From an uncultured bacterium (GTDB lineage: Bacteria > CSSED10-310 > CAZUFC01): DNA of 56,363 bases. Where the stretch lies: the NCBI GenBank assembly GCA_964619725.1, contig CAZUFC010000049.1, forward strand, positions 1-56,363. The letters run 5' to 3'. The notes beneath the pieces are model-generated. The model ran no database searches and had not been told where the DNA came from. It worked only from the letters and a program-made list of their open reading frames with translations. A program made the translations under genes and the position numbers. This document shows positions 8,348 through 18,303 of the stretch, one piece after another. How positions within the stretch are numbered: position 1 is the stretch's first letter; each line of letters starts with the position of its first letter.

Positions 8348-10012
8348 ATGAAACGGAAACTTTCCAGTAATATTGTATTGTCGGTCATTATCATTTTTGT
8401 TTATGCAGGAGGTGCGTCATGGAGCGTGAGGGCAACTGACGGCGAGATTGATTCGACGTTTGTACAGCCTGATGTTCTGACGTACGGCGGAGAGCATTTT
8501 GAGGAACTTACGGGGAGTCTTTCAATCACGCGTCAGTCGAACGGTAAGATCGTCGGAGCAGGTTCTTATATACCGGGAGGGGGAGCCGGCGGTGGAGGAG
8601 ACGGAATGGATTTTGCCGTATTCCGTTTCAATCCGGAAGACGGATCGTTGGATTCCAGTTTCGGCGACGGGGACGGCATTGTGCATTTTGGAAGGAACGA
8701 CGACAGTATTGATGCAGGAAATGAGGCTTGTGAAACGATAATTTTGCAGACGGTCGGCGGAGACCCTGATTATATCCTGGTCGGCGCAAGAGGTTTTGAG
8801 TTCGACGAGCCCTGGTTTGATTATCTGGTGGCCCGGGTGACGCCTGACGGAGAGCTGGATACGAGTTTCGGGGGCGGAGACGGGATGGTTTTAATCGGTT
8901 ACGATTATTCTTCTCCCGGCGAGGACAATATCACGGACCTGGCATGGGATGAGGCAACCGGTAAGATAGCGGTCGTCGGCAATACCATGGTAGATAGTGA
9001 TAAGGCAATAGGGGTGGCGCTTTTAGACCAGGACGGGAATCTTGACCCTTCTTTCGGCGACGAAGGCACGTTGACGATCAGTCTCGATGAAGCTTATGAT
9101 ATCGCTGCTTATGCTGTAGATTTCGATTCCGATCATAACATAATATTCGGCGGTTATACCCGTCCCAATTGGGAAAATAAATTCTTACTGGTGAAGCTCG
9201 ACCAGACGGGAGCGCCGGCGCTTTCTTTCGGCGATAACGGTTTGCTGATATTGGAGGATATTGAAGGAAAAATTATGGATATTAGGTGTGACGGGACAGA
9301 CATAATAGTTTTCGGGAGCAAGGACAACAAATTTAAATTCGCCAAGTTGGATGCTGATGGAAACCTGTACGACGGTGTAGCGGCATTTCCTGAATTCGGC
9401 AATGGAGGACGGAAAAAATTTAATTTCGGAATATCCGTCGAAGCGTCTGTAATGGAGATAGATTCATCAGGGAGAATCTGGGGGGCCGGGTGCGAGACCC
9501 AGAATGGCAATTATGCAGTCGCCAGGTTACTGTCGGACGGTTCAAGGGATTTGAGTTTCGGGCCTGCCGTACCGATTGATAATGAAACGGGAGGCAAGGT
9601 CATTGTTGCAGACACCGGGGAATATTCCAACAGTAATGAAGAACATTGCGTCGGGCTGTCAGTGGACCCTGAAGGTTCTGTTGTACTCAGCGGACGAAGC
9701 GTCGGTGACGAAAGCGGATATTCGCTGGCGCGCGTGCAACAAAACGGCGTGATAGATTCATCCCTCAGTCAACCTGGAGTTGCAGCAGATGATTACGACA
9801 GTGTTCATGCTCACTTCACAGTAATGGAGACGGGCAGGATGGCTGACGGAGGCGTCATATTTGCCGGCACGCAAGATAGTACGGGCTTACAGACGGTTTT
9901 AAGGATGAATCCTGACGGTCTGTTTGACGGAAGCTTCGGGTTCGGCGTCCTGACAGGAATACATTCGAATTTGACGGGAACGACGGGATTCAATTATCTG
10001 GGTCATGCGTAA
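8348..10012 (+). CDS. Secreted delta-60 repeat (beta-propeller) protein, N-terminal part of an interrupted gene
   Basis: Signal peptide; repeated DGSLDxSFG.DG motifs; ends in TAA in the same frame as the next ORF. Confidence 0.8.
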   Translation: MKRKLSSNIVLSVIIIFVYAGGASWSVRATDGEIDSTFVQPDVLTYGGEHFEELTGSLSITRQSNGKIVGAGSYIPGGGAGGGGDGMDFAVFRFNPEDGSLDSSFGDGDGIVHFGRNDDSIDAGNEACETIILQTVGGDPDYILVGARGFEFDEPWFDYLVARVTPDGELDTSFGGGDGMVLIGYDYSSPGEDNITDLAWDEATGKIAVVGNTMVDSDKAIGVALLDQDGNLDPSFGDEGTLTISLDEAYDIAAYAVDFDSDHNIIFGGYTRPNWENKFLLVKLDQTGAPALSFGDNGLLILEDIEGKIMDIRCDGTDIIVFGSKDNKFKFAKLDADGNLYDGVAAFPEFGNGGRKKFNFGISVEASVMEIDSSGRIWGAGCETQNGNYAVARLLSDGSRDLSFGPAVPIDNETGGKVIVADTGEYSNSNEEHCVGLSVDPEGSVVLSGRSVGDESGYSLARVQQNGVIDSSLSQPGVAADDYDSVHAHFTVMETGRMADGGVIFAGTQDSTGLQTVLRMNPDGLFDGSFGFGVLTGIHSNLTGTTGFNYLGHA

Positions 10013-12193
10013 TTGAAGCTTACAATGGAATCGCAGGCATATGCAGCGGCTGTAGACAGGAACGATAAGATTCTGCTTGCGGGAATCTACACCCACCCTG
10101 TTAAATTTCCGGACGCGTGTTACATAGCGCGGTTAAACGACGACGGCTCATTGGATGAGAGTTTCAGTGAGAATGACGGCGACGGTATTGACGGAGTTAA
10201 GATAATAACTACGGCGGAACAACCGAGCTATCCGGACTGGTTCTCGGACGTGTATGCGCTTCCGGACGGCGACATACTGGCGTGCGGCGTCGCCTGTTCT
10301 CTGGACTATCCCTGTTTTTATATGACTCTGGCCCGTTTTAACGAAGACGGCTCTCTGGACGAAGCTTTTGCGGCAGTGGACGACGGCATTGAGGATATAG
10401 AAGGCGTTTACTCCCTGGCGATCGGAGAAGGTGATGACATGCCTAGAAAAATACTCGTGGACGATCAAGGACGTATACTGCTTATCGGCAGTTCAGAGAG
10501 CGCCTGGGAACAGAATACCGAGGACCTGGTTGTCGTGCGGTTTACTCCAGACGGAGAACCGGATGCGAGTTTCGGCCAGGGGGACGGTATCGCGCTATAT
10601 GAAATTTCGGGTCTGGAAATGCAGGACGGCGGCGAAGACGCTGTTTTGATGCCGGACGGCCGCATCATAATTTCGGGCTTCGCGGAGATTGACGAATTAG
10701 ACTACTACTGCATGGCAGCGCGGATAGACGATACGGGGGCGCTGGACACGACTTTCGGAGGCGGCGCGGGATATACGATTACGAGCGAGGAAGGCAAGGG
10801 GTACGGCGTCATGCTGCAGCCTGACGGAAAGATCGCGGTTGCATGCGATTTGTCTAAGGTTATGCGTTTTACTGAAGATGGGGAACTCGATCCCGACTTC
10901 GGCATAAACGGAGTGATGGATTACCAGGGCGATTATACTATGAGGGACATTAGAATCCTGCCGGATTCGAAAATCCTGGTCTCAGGAGAAGGCCATATCA
11001 TCAGGTTGCTTAATACTGACCTGGGAGAGCCGGAAATAGACATTCAACGTCCTGAAGGAGTATCCATACCGGACGGCGGCACGGACGATCTCGGAACCAT
11101 GTCCGCAGGACCGGTCAACCTTGTTTACACAGTGGATAACTCCGCAGGTTACGACAGATTGTCCGTTACAGACCTTATCGCCTCGGAATTGAACAATATC
11201 GGCGATGTGTCTTTCCATGCAGAAACGCCCTTTGTTCTCGATTGGGGTGAAACCGGCGCCTTCGATGTTTCTTTTGTGATAGAAGGTGAAGGAAGTTTCG
11301 GTTTCAATATGGAAATAGTCAACAATGACGGAGACGAAGGCGCCTACGACATCACTGTAGCCGGGGCCGTACCCACAAGCATTCCCACTCCTTCCGCCAC
11401 ACCAACCGCTGTGCCCTCATCCACACCCACCGACACGCCGACAAACACGCCGACCGATACTCCCAGCCTTACTCCAACCAGAACGCCTACATTTATTCCA
11501 ACCAGAACGCCTACCCTTAGTCCTACCGATACGCCCACTGATTTTCCAACCTCCACATCATCGCCCACCCTGACGAGTGCGCCTACTGAAACGCCGACTT
11601 ATTCTCCTTCACCGTCGCAGACCATAACATCCACATATACGCCGACAAGCGCTCCGACAAACACGCCGACCGATACTCCCAGCGCCATTCCCACTCGCAC
11701 GCCGACGAATTCACCGACGAGGACAGCCACGCTTACAGCCACGCCGACGATTTATAATACTCTTACCCCTGTTCCGTCCTATTCGCCTACCCGTATCCCG
11801 AACATCAGTCCTACGGCTACGCACGTCTGCAACACGACAGGCGTTACCCTCTGGATGCCCGCTCACGAATTTCACGAAGGCGATCCCTGTTGCTGCATTA
11901 TGACTGTATGCAACGCAGAAGGTTATACCCTGACAGGATATCCGTTATGGCTCATTCTCGACGTTTACGGCGAGTACTTCTTCGGACCTTCATTTACAGG
12001 CATCCCGGATAATTATCTGGCCCTGTATCCGCAATTTGAACCTGGAGAAACCTTCATCGAAGCCCTCGGCGAATTCGAATGGCCTGCCGGTGCCGGCAGC
12101 GCTTCCGGTATTGTCTGGTGGGCCGCTATTACCGATCAGCAGGTTACAAGCCTTTTCGGACAGTTGGACTCCTGGGAGTTCGGGTGGAATTGA
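10013..12193 (+). CDS. Delta-60 repeat protein, C-terminal part: further repeats, Ig-like domain, P/T linker and conserved C-terminal domain
   Basis: Begins at the codon right after TAA; no RBS or signal peptide; DGSLDESF repeats continue; TPT-rich linker ~11370-11820. Confidence 0.8.
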   Translation: MKLTMESQAYAAAVDRNDKILLAGIYTHPVKFPDACYIARLNDDGSLDESFSENDGDGIDGVKIITTAEQPSYPDWFSDVYALPDGDILACGVACSLDYPCFYMTLARFNEDGSLDEAFAAVDDGIEDIEGVYSLAIGEGDDMPRKILVDDQGRILLIGSSESAWEQNTEDLVVVRFTPDGEPDASFGQGDGIALYEISGLEMQDGGEDAVLMPDGRIIISGFAEIDELDYYCMAARIDDTGALDTTFGGGAGYTITSEEGKGYGVMLQPDGKIAVACDLSKVMRFTEDGELDPDFGINGVMDYQGDYTMRDIRILPDSKILVSGEGHIIRLLNTDLGEPEIDIQRPEGVSIPDGGTDDLGTMSAGPVNLVYTVDNSAGYDRLSVTDLIASELNNIGDVSFHAETPFVLDWGETGAFDVSFVIEGEGSFGFNMEIVNNDGDEGAYDITVAGAVPTSIPTPSATPTAVPSSTPTDTPTNTPTDTPSLTPTRTPTFIPTRTPTLSPTDTPTDFPTSTSSPTLTSAPTETPTYSPSPSQTITSTYTPTSAPTNTPTDTPSAIPTRTPTNSPTRTATLTATPTIYNTLTPVPSYSPTRIPNISPTATHVCNTTGVTLWMPAHEFHEGDPCCCIMTVCNAEGYTLTGYPLWLILDVYGEYFFGPSFTGIPDNYLALYPQFEPGETFIEALGEFEWPAGAGSASGIVWWAAITDQQVTSLFGQLDSWEFGWN

Positions 12194-12366
12194 CGGTGAT
12201 GGCTGGAAAAAAGCATTGAAAAAAACTCAGGCATGAAAATTGCTTGATGTTTAAGGTATGCTTTTCCGAAGTAACATGCAAACGGCGGTCTGTGGGAAAC
12301 GTATTCAGTGGTATCAGAGAATTAAAAATGGAGTAAATAATTAAAAAACGATGAAAGGCGAAGCCA

Positions 12367-15048
12367 GTGAAAAATGAGAGATCGACGTTGCCGGTTCATG
12401 CTCAACGGATCGACGAAGTATTGAGGGGATTGGATGTGGACCCTGAGAAGGGGCTTGACAGCAGGAGCGTAAAGGCCCGCCGTAGCCGGTACGGCAAGAA
12501 CCGCTTACGCCGGGTTCAACGACGTTCGACCATAAAGATAGTAATCGATCAGTTCAAGAGCATGGTGGTAATATTGTTGAGCGCTGCAGCAGTTCTGGCG
12601 GCGATATTTCAAAGATGGACGGAGACCTTGGGCGTATTGGGGGTCATAGTAATCAATACGTTCATCGGTTTCATGTCGGAATGGCGTGCGGTTCGTTCGA
12701 TGGAAGCGCTCAAACGTATGGGAAAGCGACGCACCAGGGTTCGAAGAAACGGCAAAGAGCAGAAAAAGGATGTAGAGGATTTAACGCCGGGAGATATTGT
12801 TTTATTGGAAGGGGGCGATGTCGTGCCGGCAGATTTTCGCCTGATTGAATCGAATAAGCTCAGGGTGGACGAATCTGTGCTGACGGGTGAATCGGAGCCA
12901 GTGATAAAGCAGGAGGAGGCAGTGGAGGCGGATGCTGTTCTGGCTGAGCGCAGGGACATGCTTTACCGGGGAACGACGATAGTGGAGGGCAGCGGGACTG
13001 GAGCGGCAACATCAATAGGAATGGATACTGAACTGGGGCGCATTTCGAAGATGGCTGAGGAGGCGGAATCAGAGGAGACGCCGTTGGAGCAGCGATTGAA
13101 CCGTTTAGCGGGCCGTCTGGCCTGGATTACTGTGGGAACGGCCGGCATAGTAGCTGCAGCGGGTTTATCGACGGGAAAGCCTACGATACTGATGATTGAA
13201 ACAGCCATAGCATTGGGCGTTGCAGCTATCCCGGAAGGTTTGCCTATCGTATCCACCATTGCCCTGGCGAGGGGCATGAAGATCATGGCCAAGCGTCACG
13301 CGTTGATCAATCGCCTGACAGCCGTTGAGACGCTCGGCGCGGCCGGCGTCATTTTTACGGATAAAACTGGCACGCTTACCGAAAACAGAATGACCGTGAA
13401 TCGCATTTTGGCGAATGATGACGAACTGGTGATTGAGGGAGTGCATGACGAGGAGAAGAACGGCGATTCAAAGAGTCCCGGATTATCGCCGCTTGCCCGG
13501 AGGATACTGGAAACCGGTGTTTTATGCAGCAATGCTTCCCTGAATGAAGAAGGAGACGGTCAGGGGGACCCCACTGAGTTGGCATTGTTGCGGGCAGGCC
13601 TGCGTTTCGGATTCAAGCGCGGCGAATTGCTGAAGGAAAAACCGGAAGAGCGGGAAGAAGCCTTTGATCCGGAATTAATGTTGATGGCTACGTTTCATGA
13701 TGAAAATAACGGTTGGAGGGCGGCGGTCAAAGGGGCTCCGCAGGCTGTCCTGTCAGCTTCTGAGTCCATTGCCGGCGATAATGAAGGAGAGTCCCGTAAA
13801 TTGAATGATGAGGATCGTGAAAGGATTCAGGCGCGTGCCGATGAACTGGCAAACCAGGGATTCCGCATGCTGGCGATGGCTGATAAGCAGGTCGAACGAC
13901 TGGATGCTGAGCCGTATAGTGATCTCAGGCTTCTGGGTATGGTCGCGTTGTATGATCCTCCGCGCCGTGGAGTAAATAAATCGATTGAAGCCTGCAGGCG
14001 CGCTGATATTGCCGTCATCATGGTCACCGGCGATAAACCGGAAACCGCCAGGGCTATCGGCAGCGAACTGGGGCTGATCGCTGAAAAAAATGAAGTGATG
14101 CACGGCAGCGAACTGGAGAATCCGGAGGATATGGATAATGAGCAGAAGAAAGCCGTGCTGGGCGCCCGCATATTCGCGCGAGTCAGCCCGGAGCAGAAAC
14201 TGAATCTCGTCAGCATATTTCAGAACAACGGCCAGATCGTGGGCATGACCGGAGACGGCGTAAACGACGTCCCCGCGCTGAAAAAAGCCGATATCGGCAT
14301 AGCCATGGGGCAAAGGGGTTCTGATGCCGCCAGGCAAACAGGGGATATGGTCCTTAAGGACGATGCTTTTTCCAGCATTGTCAGCGCTTGCGAGCAGGGA
14401 CGAATAATATTCAATAATATCCGTAAATCCGTTATGTTTATGCTGTGCACCAATATCGCCGAGATACTGCTGGTTACCGCCGCCTCGCTCAGCGGCCTGC
14501 CCCTGCCGTTACTGCCCCTGCAGATACTCTATCTCAACATGCTGACCGACGTCTTTCCCGCATTAGCTTTGGGGGTCGGTAAAGGAGACCCGAATATAAT
14601 GGAACAACCGCCGCGCCCCGCGGACGAACCGGTCCTGACAAAACGACGCTGGACGGAAATAGCGATATGGAGCGTAATAATAGCATGCTGCGTGCTGGGC
14701 GCATTAATTCTGGCCAAATATATCTATAAAATGCCTCAATATCAGGCTGTTACTATCTCCTTTTTAACCCTGGCGTTCGCCAAACTATGGTTTGTATTTA
14801 ATTTGCGTAATCCTGCCGGCGGCATTACGCAAAACGATGTCGTCCGCAATCCCTGGATATGGGCGGCATTGCTTTTCTGCGCCGTACTGCTGGGTCTGGC
14901 CGTTTACCTTCCCGGTCTGTCGGATATCCTCAATACCAGAGCTCCCGGTTTGAACGGATGGGGGCTGGTTCTCGGCATGAGCATCATACCGCTGGTTCTG
15001 GGTCAGATTCGGCTGATTTTTACGGCGAAAGATGAAAGGGTAAACTGA
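12367..15048 (+). CDS. Cation-transporting P-type ATPase (P2A/Ca2+-type)
   Basis: LTGES, IPEGL, DKTGTLT, KGAP, TGD and GDGVND motifs; ~10 TM segments. Confidence 0.95.
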   Translation: MKNERSTLPVHAQRIDEVLRGLDVDPEKGLDSRSVKARRSRYGKNRLRRVQRRSTIKIVIDQFKSMVVILLSAAAVLAAIFQRWTETLGVLGVIVINTFIGFMSEWRAVRSMEALKRMGKRRTRVRRNGKEQKKDVEDLTPGDIVLLEGGDVVPADFRLIESNKLRVDESVLTGESEPVIKQEEAVEADAVLAERRDMLYRGTTIVEGSGTGAATSIGMDTELGRISKMAEEAESEETPLEQRLNRLAGRLAWITVGTAGIVAAAGLSTGKPTILMIETAIALGVAAIPEGLPIVSTIALARGMKIMAKRHALINRLTAVETLGAAGVIFTDKTGTLTENRMTVNRILANDDELVIEGVHDEEKNGDSKSPGLSPLARRILETGVLCSNASLNEEGDGQGDPTELALLRAGLRFGFKRGELLKEKPEEREEAFDPELMLMATFHDENNGWRAAVKGAPQAVLSASESIAGDNEGESRKLNDEDRERIQARADELANQGFRMLAMADKQVERLDAEPYSDLRLLGMVALYDPPRRGVNKSIEACRRADIAVIMVTGDKPETARAIGSELGLIAEKNEVMHGSELENPEDMDNEQKKAVLGARIFARVSPEQKLNLVSIFQNNGQIVGMTGDGVNDVPALKKADIGIAMGQRGSDAARQTGDMVLKDDAFSSIVSACEQGRIIFNNIRKSVMFMLCTNIAEILLVTAASLSGLPLPLLPLQILYLNMLTDVFPALALGVGKGDPNIMEQPPRPADEPVLTKRRWTEIAIWSVIIACCVLGALILAKYIYKMPQYQAVTISFLTLAFAKLWFVFNLRNPAGGITQNDVVRNPWIWAALLFCAVLLGLAVYLPGLSDILNTRAPGLNGWGLVLGMSIIPLVLGQIRLIFTAKDERVN

Positions 15049-15061
15049 ATAAGACTATATA

Positions 15062-15134
15062 GCGCCTGTCCATAAACTCTATTGTCGATTCAAAATTTAA
15101 TGCTGGACAGTCACTGCGGTTTTTGGACAAAAAC
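15062..15134 (+). mobile_element. MITE-like family B, internally deleted 73-bp copy
   Basis: GCGCCTGTCCATAAAC...GGTTTTTGGACAAAAAC flanked by TATATA on both sides. Confidence 0.8.
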
Positions 15135-15218
15135 TATATAACGACAGGGAGTCGAGGGTTGGACCGATGCCTGCTCTTTCGTTTACCTCCGACGAATATG
15201 CCATTATGGATGGAGCGC

Positions 15219-15388
15219 GCCATTGATCAAAAGTGCGTCTTTTGAGGTTACAATTCGACAGAATATCTCATCATTTCGTTTCGATTTCGATCCCGACTGC
15301 GATACCGACCCCCGATACCGATACCGATTACTGAAAAAAAACTGTCCAAAAGTTTTGAAAGAAGTGTAACCACGGTTTGTTCAGTCCC
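15219..15388 (+). mobile_element. MITE-like family A, full-length
   Basis: GCCATTGATCAAAA...TTTGTTCAGTCCC; flanks TGGAGCGC / GGGAGCGC (7/8 target duplication); ~8 hexamer units. Confidence 0.85.
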
Positions 15389-15591
15389 GGGAGCGCTGAT
15401 CGTTTAATCCCAATAGTCATATCCGATTCTATAATGTACATGAGAAGGAGTATGGCGGAGCCGTCTGTTTTTTTGAAGAAATTTAACGCCGGCGATTGAA
15501 TTATGAATTTTTTATGATATTACGAAAGTGAGGGTCTCAATTTTTTTAAATTGAGTGGGTAGAGGCATTCATTTCAAAGGAGCAATAAAAC

Positions 15592-18180
15592 ATGAAAAAT
15601 TCATTTTTGGTTGCGGTGGTTTTATTGTGCATATTTCAGGGTTTTGCGGGGACTGAGGGGAAAAACTTATTAAATACGAGGATTGAATATTTTATTGAAA
15701 ATGAAGCGCTGTACGCTGCTTCAGGCGATTTTGACGGCGACGGCGACCGGGATATAGCGGCATGCGAGGGAGGCAGGATAAATATGATGTTCAATGACGG
15801 GGAGGGAAATTTTGGAGAAGAGACGGTCATATTCATTCATTCGTATGCATATGAGATAATCAGTGCGGATGTGAATATGGATCAGAAGCCAGACCTCATC
15901 ACATGTCATTATCCTTCATGGCCGGGAATGACTGAGCGGGTGATTTCGGTATTGATGGGCAAGGGTGACGGGACGTTTGAGGATTCTGTAACCTATGAAG
16001 CGGAAGATAACCCCTATGATGCGACAAGTGCGGATTTCAACGGAGACGGCATGCCTGATCTGTGTGTAACGAACATAGACGGGGATTCTTTTTCTTTTTT
16101 TGCGAACAAGGGTGACGGCACGTTCGATACGCCGGTGCATTATCCTCTGGGAGACGGGCCGACCGTTATAGAGCACGGCGATTTTGACGGTGACGGAGCG
16201 ATTGACGTCGTTATATCGATAAGATTTTCCAACATGTTCATCGTCATGTTCAACGACGGCGCCGGCAATTTCAATCATACGGATTACTACGGCATGGACA
16301 CCCGGCCGGACGGGATAGCCGTAGCTGATTACGATCTTGACGGTCATCTTGACGTAGCAGTCGCGGGTTGGAGCAACGAGCGTTGTTTGGTTTATTTGAA
16401 CGACGGCTCCGGTTCTTTTGGCGAACCGGATTACTATTCTGCGGGAGACTGGTCAATGAGAATCGTGAGCGCTGACTTTGACGCTGACGGATATCCTGAC
16501 CTGGCGATAGCTAATTGTGAAAGCAACGATATTTCCTTGCTGATAAACGAACAGAACGGTTCTTTCGCTCAAACCGTAAGTTATATCGGCGGGGCTTCGC
16601 CCAAAGATATTCTGGCTGACGATTTCAACGGCGATGAAAAGCCCGATCTGGCGGTCGTCAATGATTTCTCCGGCACGGTTTCGGTGTACCTGAATCAGGG
16701 CGATGGGACTTTCCCCGAGCCGAAATCGTTATTCGCTCCACAAGCGCAGGATGTTGAAGCCGCGGACTTCGACCTGGACGGCATTGAGGACCTGGCCATC
16801 CTCAGCGGCCCTCACGATCAGATAACGATCCATTTCGGCTCCGGCGACTTCAGCTTCGGTCCTCCATTCTATTATGCCTCAAGTAATTATCCGAGCTTCA
16901 TGAAAATTGCGGATTTCAACCGGGATGATTATCCCGATATGGCTATGGTCAACATTTACATCGACAGCGTCACAATATACTTCAATGCGGGGGATGGAAC
17001 TTTTGAACCATATGATATGTATTACATCGGTCCGGAAACTCCGCAACTCGAACCGGCGGATTATAATAATGACGGTTTCCCGGATTTCGCATCGGTCTCG
17101 CATGCTGACGACGAACTGGTCGTTTTTCTGAACAAAACCGACGGGACTTTCGCCGAGAGAGAAAGACAGTTGGTGTATACCAGTCCGAGGACGCTGGCAT
17201 GTGGCGATTTTGACGGCAATGGGGTCATTGATTTAGCGTTGTCGCACACGGGACACGATATGCTGACGATTTACCGCAATGACGGTTCGGGCAGCTTCAC
17301 CTATGTCGGAGAAACCTTTGTCGATGTAACCGTTACGGATGTCGTCTCTGAGGATTTCAATGAAGACGGTCTTGATGATATTGCCGCGGGTCGTTCCACC
17401 GGCTTCTCAATGACGGGAGAAGCGTCGGTCATGATAAGTTCGGGTGATTTCACATTTTCCTCACTCGGGTGTTATACCGTCTCTCAGGTTCCTACCGAAC
17501 TGCTTGCCCGCGACCTCAACGACGACGGACACATCGACCTGATTACAGGTTCATACGCCAACGATTGCATCTCAGTTCTGTTGAATGACGGAACAGGAAT
17601 ATTTCAGGATTTCCACTTCGGCTACGGCACGCACTGGGACCCCTCTGGCCTGGCCGCAGCCGACTTCGATCGCGACGGTGATCTCGATATAGCCGCCTCT
17701 GCCTATGATGAAGGCGATAAAGTCCTGCTCTTCGAAAATAATACTTACTATCAGGAAACCGTTCCAACGCCGACGCCGAATCCCGATGTAACCGTCACGC
17801 CTACCATCGAACTGGGAGTCAGTCTCGAAATGCCCCAGTTGGCCTACTTCCCCGGCGATACTTTCTGGCTGCTCGCAGCATGTCATAATCACATGGGAGA
17901 GATTCTATACGATCTTAATCTCTTCGTCGCCCTCGATATCGGCGTCAGCGAATACTGGTTCTATCCCTCCTGGATAAAATATCCGCCCCACCTGGATGCC
18001 TGGAACCTCGACCTCATCCCCACTACGCTTCATCACATGATCGTCGATCCCTTCGAATGGCCCGAAGGAGCCGGAGACCTGGAAGACGTTGCTTTCTGGG
18101 CGCTGTTGACCGATCAGAGTATGACTTCGGTCGTGGGTGAGATGGATATGCTTACGTTTTCCTATTATGAATGTCGTTAA
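15592..18180 (+). CDS. Secreted FG-GAP/VCBS repeat protein with conserved C-terminal domain
   Basis: AAGGAG RBS; signal peptide; many DFxGDGxxDL repeats; PTPTP linker; C-terminal domain shared with the 10013 and 20039 ORFs. Confidence 0.88.
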   Translation: MKNSFLVAVVLLCIFQGFAGTEGKNLLNTRIEYFIENEALYAASGDFDGDGDRDIAACEGGRINMMFNDGEGNFGEETVIFIHSYAYEIISADVNMDQKPDLITCHYPSWPGMTERVISVLMGKGDGTFEDSVTYEAEDNPYDATSADFNGDGMPDLCVTNIDGDSFSFFANKGDGTFDTPVHYPLGDGPTVIEHGDFDGDGAIDVVISIRFSNMFIVMFNDGAGNFNHTDYYGMDTRPDGIAVADYDLDGHLDVAVAGWSNERCLVYLNDGSGSFGEPDYYSAGDWSMRIVSADFDADGYPDLAIANCESNDISLLINEQNGSFAQTVSYIGGASPKDILADDFNGDEKPDLAVVNDFSGTVSVYLNQGDGTFPEPKSLFAPQAQDVEAADFDLDGIEDLAILSGPHDQITIHFGSGDFSFGPPFYYASSNYPSFMKIADFNRDDYPDMAMVNIYIDSVTIYFNAGDGTFEPYDMYYIGPETPQLEPADYNNDGFPDFASVSHADDELVVFLNKTDGTFAERERQLVYTSPRTLACGDFDGNGVIDLALSHTGHDMLTIYRNDGSGSFTYVGETFVDVTVTDVVSEDFNEDGLDDIAAGRSTGFSMTGEASVMISSGDFTFSSLGCYTVSQVPTELLARDLNDDGHIDLITGSYANDCISVLLNDGTGIFQDFHFGYGTHWDPSGLAAADFDRDGDLDIAASAYDEGDKVLLFENNTYYQETVPTPTPNPDVTVTPTIELGVSLEMPQLAYFPGDTFWLLAACHNHMGEILYDLNLFVALDIGVSEYWFYPSWIKYPPHLDAWNLDLIPTTLHHMIVDPFEWPEGAGDLEDVAFWALLTDQSMTSVVGEMDMLTFSYYECR

Positions 18181-18303
18181 TGAATGAGGTTTTAATCAAT
18201 ATCCTGAAAGCTTGACATTTAGAAAAAAATACTTATTTAAATTGTGGAGGTTGAGTCAGAATCAGGATTTTTGTGCGAATCGACGACAGAAGGGAACGTA
18301 GGA

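Noticed and set aside
10010-10012. Selenocysteine/pyrrolysine or alternative-code readthrough
   Set aside because: The codon is TAA, not TGA or TAG, and all three stop codons terminate normal genes in this window.
11370-11820. Pro/Thr-codon repeats (also ~19465-19750 and ~49824-50000) as DNA-level repeat elements
   Set aside because: They are fully explained as low-complexity protein linkers.
12609-14717. Numerous antisense and alternate-frame ORFs inside long genes, here and throughout the window
   Set aside because: These are shadow ORFs of well-supported genes, with no independent motifs.
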